DNA of 64,000 nt, taken from positions 64,001 to 128,000 of the forward strand of contig JBDRCO010000052.1 of the NCBI GenBank assembly GCA_043821645.1. Direction: 5' to 3'. Source of the DNA: Pseudomonadota bacterium (lineage in GTDB: Bacteria; Myxococcota; JACRCW01; JAFGSX01). The notes below the pieces were generated by a model, which was not told the DNA's origin, searched no databases, and saw nothing but the letters and a program-made list of their open reading frames with translations. Positions 18,128 through 25,907 of the stretch are shown one piece after another; the first letter of the stretch is position 1, and each line of letters starts with the position of its first letter. Made by a program: the position numbers and the translations under genes.

Positions 18128-20419
18128 CTACGGCGCCTTTACCCAGCGGAAGGTGATGCCGCCGGGGTCCAGGTAGCGCAGCTGGGAGGCGCCTCGCTCG
18201 ACGTCGGGAGCGGATTCCTCTGTGGCCTGGCCGAGAGTCACATTGAAGCCAGTGCTGCCGAGGCCCAGACGCTTGACGATGCGGTGCTGGCCGCGCGCAC
18301 TGAAGCTGGTGTCGCCCCAGCAGGTCTCGGTATCGGCCGAGGCCACCCACCCGGGGTCCCTATCCAGGCTCAGCAGGATGTGCACCAGGTATTCACCCTG
18401 GGGTATGCGCTGCAGGTTGCGATCCAGGGGCAACCACTCCAGAACCTTGAGCCCGGGCAAGGTGGTGGCCTCGGTGACACCGTCGATGAGGTCCAGGTCC
18501 TCGTTGCTGATGCGAACGCGTCCTGTGCCGTCGACCAGATCCCCGCCCTGGCTGCCACTCTGGTCATTGCGGCGGTCCGCGTTGCGGCCCAGGCCCACGC
18601 TCTCGAACACGCCACCTGTGACGAGGGCAGCGAGGTAGTCTGGAGCCCGGTAGTCCAGGTCCCAGAAGGGGTTCTGGTGACCTTGCTTCTGGCCCACGTA
18701 GTGCACCAGCGTGGCCACGTAGTCGATGCCCCTGCGTTCCTTGCTCGCTGCGTCAAAGGAGCAGCTCTCACCCGGCTGCAGCGGCCCCTCGATCCAGGCA
18801 TCCACCGCATACCTGTTGGCGCCGGTGTCGAAGCTGCTGGCCACGGGCTGTGCGGTGCTCAGATCGCGCAGATTGAACGACACGAGCAACTTGAAGCCCG
18901 CCGGCACAGGACCCTGGTAGGTCTGGGTGTAGTCCACCAGCACACGCAGGGGCTCGCTCAGGTTGCCCAGGGCATCGCGACAGCGCAGCTCCAGGTCGTT
19001 GACGCCGGGGATGAGATCCGCGTTGTAGACCCAGCTCGTGTCAGGACCGCGGGGCACCACCACCAGACCGTTGAGCAGCACCGAGGTGCTGGGGTCCCGC
19101 GTGCCCTCGAGCACCACCAGGGCTTCGTTCACGGTTGCCGGCGGGGCTGGGAACAGCGTCGGCGGTGCGGGTTGCACAGCGTCGCGCTGCACCATCAAGG
19201 TCACCGGTGCACTCGAGAAACCGTTGCGCCCGCGTGCCACGATCTCCAGATCGTTGACGCCGAGGTTGAGTGTCCAGCTCGCGTGCCAGGTGGTGCTACC
19301 GTCGATGGCAACGACCTCATTGCCGTTGATCCACACCGAGGATGGCGCGGGTTTGGTGCCGGACAGTGCCAGTTCGGTGGCGCGCGTTCGATGGCTCGAG
19401 GGGTCCACCTCGGCAGGGAGCTCCACTGTCGGGGGGAGTGGAGTGTTTCCATCCTCACCCGGGCCCGTGTCAAAGCTCCACACCCAGTCCGCCGGGGCTG
19501 GCACTGTCTGGTTCCCGGCGCTGTCCGCAAAGCGCCCGGCGTCGAGGGTCGCGGTGTAGCGCGTCCCGGGCTGCAGCGGCACCGCCAGGGACAGGGTGTG
19601 GCTGAGAGCCTGGTAGGTCAGCACGCCGCCAGGGCGCGTGCCGGCCGTATCGCGCACTACGAGAATGTCGGGATCGAGGCTATCGAACGAGAGCGCCAGG
19701 GCGTCATCGAGAGCAACCTGGATCAAAGCGTTGGTCGGCACGTCGACCTCGCCCACGGCGGGATAGCGCGAGACAAGCTGCGCAGGCACGCGATCCAGCT
19801 CCACCTCGAAGTCCACGGGCTCGCTCGACCGCCCGCGGGTGTCGCGCGCCACCAGCGAGAAGTGAAACAGACCATCGACGGCGCCCAGATCGAGCTGCGC
19901 GGTCCAGTCTGTGGATTCCCCTGCCTGCACAAACTCGGAAGAACTCAGCACGGCCCCCGTGCCATCGACGCGGCTCAGCCACAGTGCGGACCCAGTAGGT
20001 CGCGCGCCCTGCAAGTTCTGCAAGGGCTCCCGGGTGGGTGAGAGGACAGGCTGCAGCGTCGGCGCAGCCGGGAAATTAGGTTCGTAAAAAATCAGCCCCG
20101 GTGTGTGCTCGACGCTGGCGAGTCCGCTCTTGCGCTGAGAGGTCAGGTCGAGAGCGTTGTCGCCGGGTTGCAGCGCCACCTCCGCACTCCAGCCCTCCTG
20201 GGCGTCGTGGGCAACCAGGACCTCGCCGTGATTGAGCACGGCCGTGCCCGCGGGCTTGGTACCCTCGACGCGCTGCCGGGCGCGGCGCGTGGGAGACTCC
20301 ACCGGGAACAGACCAGGGGGGTCGGGCGGGACCTCGACGTCGCCCAGGCAGGCCGAGCCCAGGCCAAGCACCAGTGGCAGAGCCAGGATGCGGTAACGAG
20401 CAGAGAAAAAGACTGTCAT
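18128..20419 (-). CDS. Lipoprotein with Ig-like repeats and a C-terminal DUF2271-like domain
   Basis: Lipobox LGSAC; four PPxL.P...GT(K/R) Ig-like repeats plus a Big_5-like domain; C-terminal YAVDAWIE...YVATL...IDGVTEAT..PG...LEW...D.N...PQGEY. Confidence 0.65.
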   Translation of the reverse strand: MTVFFSARYRILALPLVLGLGSACLGDVEVPPDPPGLFPVESPTRRARQRVEGTKPAGTAVLNHGEVLVAHDAQEGWSAEVALQPGDNALDLTSQRKSGLASVEHTPGLIFYEPNFPAAPTLQPVLSPTREPLQNLQGARPTGSALWLSRVDGTGAVLSSSEFVQAGESTDWTAQLDLGAVDGLFHFSLVARDTRGRSSEPVDFEVELDRVPAQLVSRYPAVGEVDVPTNALIQVALDDALALSFDSLDPDILVVRDTAGTRPGGVLTYQALSHTLSLAVPLQPGTRYTATLDAGRFADSAGNQTVPAPADWVWSFDTGPGEDGNTPLPPTVELPAEVDPSSHRTRATELALSGTKPAPSSVWINGNEVVAIDGSTTWHASWTLNLGVNDLEIVARGRNGFSSAPVTLMVQRDAVQPAPPTLFPAPPATVNEALVVLEGTRDPSTSVLLNGLVVVPRGPDTSWVYNADLIPGVNDLELRCRDALGNLSEPLRVLVDYTQTYQGPVPAGFKLLVSFNLRDLSTAQPVASSFDTGANRYAVDAWIEGPLQPGESCSFDAASKERRGIDYVATLVHYVGQKQGHQNPFWDLDYRAPDYLAALVTGGVFESVGLGRNADRRNDQSGSQGGDLVDGTGRVRISNEDLDLIDGVTEATTLPGLKVLEWLPLDRNLQRIPQGEYLVHILLSLDRDPGWVASADTETCWGDTSFSARGQHRIVKRLGLGSTGFNVTLGQATEESAPDVERGASQLRYLDPGGITFRWVKAP

Positions 20420-20544
20420 GCAGACCTCGGCATGCGGTTCACCATCCTGGTTAGCAAGAACCGGAGGTGCTGTCAGCGCCCGTGGAAGCCACGGCCTTGA
20501 GCGAGGGCCTCGGCTACGTTAGGGTCCTGACGACGAGGTGGGGA

Positions 20545-21462
20545 GTGACCATCCATCGCCAGCGCTGTGTTGTCGTCGGAGCAGGGCCAGCGGGCCTGTC
20601 CGCGGCCCTGTGGATGGACAAACTTGGTGTGCCCTTCGTGCTCCTCGAGGCGGGTGCGCAGCTCGGCGGGGAGCTTGCGCGTATCCACCTCCCGATCCGC
20701 GATCTTCTCGGCGTGCAGGTTGGTGATGGTCGCGATTTCCTGCGCCGGGTGCAGGAACAGCTCGCAGGAAAGCGCTGGGACCTCCGCTTTGGAACGGCGG
20801 CGCGCCGCGTCGATATCCGGAACCATCGACTGGAGACCAGTACGGGATGCTTCGAGGCCGAGGCCATCCTGCTGACCATGGGTCTCCGCCGCCGCCGTCT
20901 GTCGATTCCCGGCGCAGAGGCCTTTCTGGGTCGCGGCCTTTCCTATTCCGCGACCACGGATCTCGAGGCCTTGACGGGCCAGCCTACCGTTGTGCTCGGT
21001 GGTGGCGACGGCGCCTTCGAGAATGCACTGATCCTCGCAGATCACTGTCCGCGGGTCTGGATCGCGCACCGGGGTCCGCAGGCCACCGCCAGGCTCGAGT
21101 TCGCCCGGCGTGCCAGCGCGCACCCACACATCACCATTGTGCCCGACGCCGAGCTGTCACGGCTGCTGCCCGGGCCTGGCTCGCTGTCCGGCGTTGAGCT
21201 GGCCACGCCGAGTGGTGTGACGGTCATCGACGCCAGCTGGGTGGTGGTCAAGATTGGCTTCGATCCCCGCACCGAGGCCCTCGTTGACGACGATCTGCAG
21301 CGCGATGCACACGGATATATCGTCGTGGATCGCAGGTTGCGCACGTCGGCCGACGGCGTCTTCGCCGCCGGGGACCTGTGCAACCCCCACGCGCCCAGCC
21401 TGGCCGCAGCCATCGGTGATGGTGCGGTGGCAGCAGCGTCCATTCATCGCTATCTGAGCTAG
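20545..21462 (+). CDS. Thioredoxin-reductase-fold NAD(P)/FAD oxidoreductase lacking the CxxC
   Basis: VVGAGPAGLSAA, GRGLSYSATTD, LGGGDGAFENA, TSADGVFAAGD. Start chosen at GTG 20545 (ORF track gives 20467). Confidence 0.85.
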   Translation: MTIHRQRCVVVGAGPAGLSAALWMDKLGVPFVLLEAGAQLGGELARIHLPIRDLLGVQVGDGRDFLRRVQEQLAGKRWDLRFGTAARRVDIRNHRLETSTGCFEAEAILLTMGLRRRRLSIPGAEAFLGRGLSYSATTDLEALTGQPTVVLGGGDGAFENALILADHCPRVWIAHRGPQATARLEFARRASAHPHITIVPDAELSRLLPGPGSLSGVELATPSGVTVIDASWVVVKIGFDPRTEALVDDDLQRDAHGYIVVDRRLRTSADGVFAAGDLCNPHAPSLAAAIGDGAVAAASIHRYLS

Positions 21463-21534
21463 TCAGTTTCCCGCACCGATCGTAGAAGACGGAGCGGCCA
21501 AGCGCAGGAACGTCGAGGCGGATTCGGAGGCGGC

Positions 21535-22551
21535 ATGATCTGGGATGTGGTCGTGATCGGCGCCGGGGTCAGTGGTTTGCAGTGCGCCCGTGATCTCCAG
21601 ACCGGAGGCCGTCGTGTCCGGGTGCTGGAGCGAGCGCGTGGGGTCGGAGGCCGCTGTGCCACTCGGCGCTTCGACGGTCAGTCTGTCGACTTCGGGCCGA
21701 TGTTCCTGCACGGGCATGTCGAGGCCTTCCTCGAAGCTGTCGACCGGGTCGATGGCGCCACCGTCGATGGCTGGCCCCGGCGCGTCACCGGCCAGGGACC
21801 GGTCTGCCAGCCCGATGCCTTCGCGCCCTTCGAGCGACGTGTGGCACTTGTCGACGGGCTGAGCCTGTTTCCCAAGACCCTGGCCCGCGACCTTGAGGTG
21901 GTACTCCAGACGCAGGTCCTGCGCATCGCTGGCAGCGACGAGGGCTTTGTTGTCCACGTCGAGGGTGGCGAGCCGACGCGAACGCGCGATCTGGTCCTGG
22001 CGCTCCCCATCGAGTCCTGCCTGTCCCTGCTGGCGGATCTCCCTGACGACCAGGCCTTGCGCAGTGCGCGCTCGTTGCTTGGCATGTTCGCCAGCGTGCC
22101 CTCGCTGACCGTGGTCGCGGGCTATCCTCTCGACACACCGCAGCCGGGCTGGGATCTCCGCTACCCCGAGGACTCGGATCTGATCCAGCTCATCGGCCAG
22201 GATTCGACCAAGCGCATCGATCCCCGGTGGCTGGTGATGGTGTACCAGGCCCGGCCAGCGTGGTCGCGCCAGCAGCTCGCATCGGATTCCGGGGTCTGGC
22301 AGCAGTCCATGCTCGACGAAGCCTCGCGCCTACTCGGGCCGTGGGCTGCCACGCCCAGCTGGACCCATCCCCATCGCTGGCGCCATGCTCGCGTCGACCG
22401 CGGCAATGAACTCAGCCAGCCCCTGCTATTGCAGGGACAGGGGAAGGGGCGACTCGGCCTGTGTGGAGACATCTACGCGCCTGGTGGCGGGGTTCAGGCC
22501 TCGTGGCTCTCGGGACAACGCCTGGCGCAGCGCCTGATGAAAGAGGAGTGA
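21535..22551 (+). CDS. Renalase-like FAD-dependent oxidoreductase
   Basis: VIGAGVSGL.CA, ERARGVGGRCATRR, DFGPMF, HRWRHAR, LCGD...GGVQASWLSG. Confidence 0.85.
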   Translation: MIWDVVVIGAGVSGLQCARDLQTGGRRVRVLERARGVGGRCATRRFDGQSVDFGPMFLHGHVEAFLEAVDRVDGATVDGWPRRVTGQGPVCQPDAFAPFERRVALVDGLSLFPKTLARDLEVVLQTQVLRIAGSDEGFVVHVEGGEPTRTRDLVLALPIESCLSLLADLPDDQALRSARSLLGMFASVPSLTVVAGYPLDTPQPGWDLRYPEDSDLIQLIGQDSTKRIDPRWLVMVYQARPAWSRQQLASDSGVWQQSMLDEASRLLGPWAATPSWTHPHRWRHARVDRGNELSQPLLLQGQGKGRLGLCGDIYAPGGGVQASWLSGQRLAQRLMKEE

Positions 22552-22553
22552 AA

Positions 22554-23288
22554 ATGGACGCAGCGAGCGGAACGCTGGCCGATCTGGTCGAGCGCGACAG
22601 GGAACACGAGTGCGCAGGTGTGGGGCCGTCGCAGGTCTGCGTCCGCATCGTGGCCGTCGCACAGTTGCCGAGCCGTTTCGGAGATTTTCAGATCGTCGCG
22701 TTCTGGAACAACCGCGATCAGAAGGACCACATCGCCATCGTGCACGGTGACGTGGTGGGCGCCACCGATGTGCCGACTCGGCTGCACTCCGAGTGCCTCA
22801 CCGGTGATGTGATGGGATCCCTGCGCTGTGATTGCCGTGACCAGCTCGAGGCCGCGCTGCGCAAGATCGGGAGTCTCAAGCAGGGTGTGGTGCTCTACTT
22901 GCGTCAGGAGGGTCGAGGAATAGGTCTGGCCAACAAGATTCGAGCTTATGCCCTCCAGGACCAGGGGCTGGACACCGTCGAGGCCAACCTGGCCCTTGGA
23001 TTCCGTGACGACGAGAGGGATTACGCCGTCGCCGCGCACATGCTGCACAGTCTGGGGATTGGCTCGGTGAAGTTGATGACCAACAATCCCAACAAGGTGG
23101 CGCAGCTCGAGGGCTATGGCGTCAAGGTCAGCAGCCGCCTGCCTCACCTGCTGCCCCCCAATCCTCACAATCGCTTCTATCTCGAGACCAAGGCCAAGCG
23201 CTCCGGCCACTACATCGATTTTTCGGGGAAGCCCAGGTTGCAGGAGCAAAGCGATCCCGTGGTGGTCGAGGGCATGGAAGGTCACTGA
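22554..23288 (+). CDS. ribA: GTP cyclohydrolase II
   Basis: RLHSECLTGDVMGSLRCDC, YLRQEGRGIGLANKIRAYALQDQGLDTVEAN, MTNNP.K. RBS GAGGAG before ATG 22554. Confidence 0.95.
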   Translation: MDAASGTLADLVERDREHECAGVGPSQVCVRIVAVAQLPSRFGDFQIVAFWNNRDQKDHIAIVHGDVVGATDVPTRLHSECLTGDVMGSLRCDCRDQLEAALRKIGSLKQGVVLYLRQEGRGIGLANKIRAYALQDQGLDTVEANLALGFRDDERDYAVAAHMLHSLGIGSVKLMTNNPNKVAQLEGYGVKVSSRLPHLLPPNPHNRFYLETKAKRSGHYIDFSGKPRLQEQSDPVVVEGMEGH

Positions 23289-23476
23289 TCGCCTACCCGT
23301 TTTTCTGCGCAGATCGCAGCGAAGACTCCGCCCTCGCGAAGATCTTCTCGGGCGCAGTGCGGCGCTCCTGATTGACCTCCCGCGATTTCCGATAGTTGCC
23401 CTGACACTGCAAGGGCCGCGCCGCAAAAATGAACTGTCGACGTCAGACCCTCTATCTTTTCGAGAGAGTGATCGCT

Positions 23477-23482
23477 TATACT
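23477..23482 (+). promoter_or_regulatory. Putative sigma70 -10 element for the 6S-like RNA
   Basis: TATACT ends 8 nt before the first base of the long hairpin; no convincing -35. Confidence 0.5.
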
Positions 23483-23490
23483 GACGACGA

Positions 23491-23676
23491 GCAGATGGGG
23501 TGACGGAGGTGATTGAAGGCTCGTTTCAGTAAGGCATAGAGGGGTGCTCTGCTACTCGGTGGGGAGTGTCGCTTCGCAGGCTGCCTGCGCTTGTGACCAC
23601 GAAGCCGAGACAGGGCCGAAAGCTTGGGCCAACTCCAAACGGAACGGCTTTCGATTGCCTCTGCCACCCTATCTGC
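23491..23676 (+). ncRNA. ssrS: 6S RNA-like ncRNA (long hairpin with central bubble)
   Basis: Manual pairing: GCAGATGGGGTG/CACCCTATCTGC; GAGGTGATTGAAGGC/GCTTTCGATTGCCTC; CGTTTC/GGAACG; bubble 23528-23545 opposite 23617-23640; GCTCTG/CAGGGC; CTCGGT/GCCGAG; GTCGC/GTGAC; CGCAGG/CCTGCG. Length 186 nt; G-U pairs indicate the + strand. Confidence 0.75.
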
Positions 23677-23678
23677 AT

Positions 23679-23713
23679 GAAAAGGCGCGTTCATCGCGTC
23701 TTTTCGCTTTTCT
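23679..23713 (+). terminator. Intrinsic terminator-like hairpin after the 6S-like RNA
   Basis: GAAAAGGCGCG-TTCAT-CGCGTCTTTTC stem followed by GCTTTTCT. Confidence 0.65.
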
Positions 23714-23836
23714 GGGATCAAGATTCGGTGCGGAGCATGCTTTCTTCGAGCAGACTTGCCCTGACCAGCCAATCAGCATAGGTGTCTCGGAGCAGGAAGG
23801 GCACATCGTGAGCACTCGACCCGATCAGGAGGCTCC

Positions 23837-24190
23837 ATGACAGGGCAACAGCGCCCGCCCCGATACAGTGTGGAGCGATTCAACATCGTTTACGACACTG
23901 GCGAGGGGTTTTGGTGCGGTCCAGTGATCGATGTGTCCGAGGGTGGTCTTTTTGTCGAGACCACACACGAGCTGCCAGTTGGCACTGTGGTGACCATCGT
24001 ACCCGACACCCCGGATCAGGGCGCATTGCCCTTCGAGATCCGCGCCGAGGTGGTGCGTGTGCACCAGCTGGATCTGGACGCTCACGCAGATCGCACACCG
24101 GGTCTCGCTTTTCGGTGGCAGGGGCTGAACGCCGAGCAGATTGGCCAGTTCCGGGCCTTCATCACCAGCCACGGAACCGACAAGCGCTGA
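23837..24190 (+). CDS. PilZ domain protein
   Basis: QRPPRY...IDVSEGGLFVET..LPVGT...AEVVRV...PGLAFRW; RBS AGGAGG. Confidence 0.8.
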   Translation: MTGQQRPPRYSVERFNIVYDTGEGFWCGPVIDVSEGGLFVETTHELPVGTVVTIVPDTPDQGALPFEIRAEVVRVHQLDLDAHADRTPGLAFRWQGLNAEQIGQFRAFITSHGTDKR

Positions 24191-24236
24191 TCGGTCGACG
24201 CCGTCGCTTCCCTCGCTTGGACCTTTTTTTTCTCGG

Positions 24237-24962
24237 TCAGGTTCGCCAACCCGAAAGCGCCCGAATCGCTCGGTCGCGCTGCGGTCCAGAGCCTTGCCCT
24301 GTGGCCCGCGCACTCAGGTAGGGGGCGAGTCCGTGCACCAGGGCCTCGAAGGTTGGCACCGGGCGCCGCGCCGCGCGCCGGCAGTCGCCGAGTTCCGCAC
24401 GCAGGGTGGGCTCGGCAGCTGCTCCACGCCGGATTCTATCCATCACGAAGGCCAGGCGAGCCGGTGGGATCTCTGCCAGGTGGCGGCGCCCGAACCAGAC
24501 CGCGAGCACGATCATGGGCAGGGCTGCCAGGTCGGTCGGGTCCTGGACGACGCGTGCAGACGACAGGAGACCGGTGACGTCCAGACGTTCGAGGAGCTGC
24601 AGGTAGAACCGGGCTGCGCCGGCGCTGAGCTTGATCGAGGTGAACAGAGCGGCAGTGAAGACACCCGCAGCGATCAGCTTGGCCATGCGTAGCGAGGCAT
24701 CGAGGCGATGGCGGCGCAGGATGACGTTGATGCCGTAGATCAACACGTCGCTGCAGGCCGTGAGCAGCAAGGGAAAGAAAAACAAGCCAGCGAAGTCCGA
24801 GATCTTCCCCGTGATCACCCCGGGCAGCCATCCGGATCCCTTGAACAGGTGATCGTTGACCGCAAGCACGAGCAGGGCTCCCAGCGGCAGGGGATGAACG
24901 AACTCGGTCGCCGGAAGTTCCCCACCCTCGGGCGGATCCGGATGGATCAGGCGCCAGCTCAC
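24237..24962 (-). CDS. Conserved hypothetical membrane protein
   Basis: LLVLAVNDHLFKG...TGKISDFAGLFFFP...DPTDLAAL; about 4 TM segments; start overlaps the hydrolase stop. Confidence 0.65.
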   Translation of the reverse strand: MSWRLIHPDPPEGGELPATEFVHPLPLGALLVLAVNDHLFKGSGWLPGVITGKISDFAGLFFFPLLLTACSDVLIYGINVILRRHRLDASLRMAKLIAAGVFTAALFTSIKLSAGAARFYLQLLERLDVTGLLSSARVVQDPTDLAALPMIVLAVWFGRRHLAEIPPARLAFVMDRIRRGAAAEPTLRAELGDCRRAARRPVPTFEALVHGLAPYLSARATGQGSGPQRDRAIRALSGWRT

Positions 24963-25879
24963 GGCGCGCTGGCAGCGCTGAACACGCGATCGTCGAGGAA
25001 GCGCGCCACGTGCCCGTTGATCTCGTCGGCAAATTCGATGGGTGCGTAGTGCGAGGCGGTCTCAAAGGTGAACACCTCGCAGTCCGGGATGTCGCTGGCC
25101 ATGGCCCGGGTTGCGAAACCTGGGGTGAACACGTCGCGATCGCTGGCCGTGACCATGCACGGGCACTGTATCGTCGGCAGTACATCAGCGGCGTCATGTG
25201 TGCCGAGGACCTCGAGCTGGACAAAGTACAGCTGCTGGTCCAGCTCGCCGAAGGCTTGGAGCACGCGTCCAGCTGCCTCGCGGTCGATGTTGCGGTGCAC
25301 GATGCCGAGGGTGGTGGCGAGGTCGAGGGCGTGCGACCAGCCCGTGGCGGTCTCGACCACCTTCTGGGCGACCGGATGAATGACGCGGAGGACTCGCAAC
25401 AAGGGCGTCACCCACTGCCTCGCACCTGGAAGCCCCCCGAAGACGGTGTCGTAGATCCGACCCGAGATCCCATTGAGCAAGGCCATGCCGGTCACCCGCG
25501 CGCCGATGCGCCGGTACAGCTCCAGGGCAACCTGCACGCCCATGCTCCAGGCGATGATCGGAAAGCGCCCGGTGTAGCCCTCGAGGGCAAGCAACTCCAG
25601 CCCATCGGCCGCATGCTGCTCGACCTGGAGCCGCTCCGCGCTCAGACTCGGTGGCCACGTGCCCCGGGGCGGGGCTGAGGTGAAGAGGCCGCGATAGTCC
25701 CACACCAGGAAGCGGAAGCGATCGCCCAGGTGGTTGACCAGAGGCTGGTAGGCGTGGTGGTTCCCGCCGAGGCCGTTGCACAGCAAGATCTTGGGCGCGT
25801 CGTCGGGACCCGCGACCTGGTAGCCGATGGTTGCGCCGTCGCGCGTGGTGAAGAACCGTTGCTCGAAGGCGATACCCAT
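24959..25879 (-). CDS. Alpha/beta-fold hydrolase
   Basis: LLCNGLGG, WDYRG, nucleophile elbow AWSMG, D..TP, SHY catalytic His. Confidence 0.85.
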   Translation of the reverse strand: MGIAFEQRFFTTRDGATIGYQVAGPDDAPKILLCNGLGGNHHAYQPLVNHLGDRFRFLVWDYRGLFTSAPPRGTWPPSLSAERLQVEQHAADGLELLALEGYTGRFPIIAWSMGVQVALELYRRIGARVTGMALLNGISGRIYDTVFGGLPGARQWVTPLLRVLRVIHPVAQKVVETATGWSHALDLATTLGIVHRNIDREAAGRVLQAFGELDQQLYFVQLEVLGTHDAADVLPTIQCPCMVTASDRDVFTPGFATRAMASDIPDCEVFTFETASHYAPIEFADEINGHVARFLDDRVFSAASAP

Positions 25880-25907
25880 GCTGGCTCCGTGGGGTCTGTG
25901 ATCCGTC

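Noticed and set aside
21463-21534. FMN riboswitch ahead of the renalase-ribA unit
   Set aside because: The spacer is only about 70 nt and lacks the RFN consensus.
23476-23840. Short ORFs (98, 98 and 71 aa) in the ribA-PilZ gap
   Set aside because: No recognisable motifs; the region is better explained by the structured RNA and its terminator.
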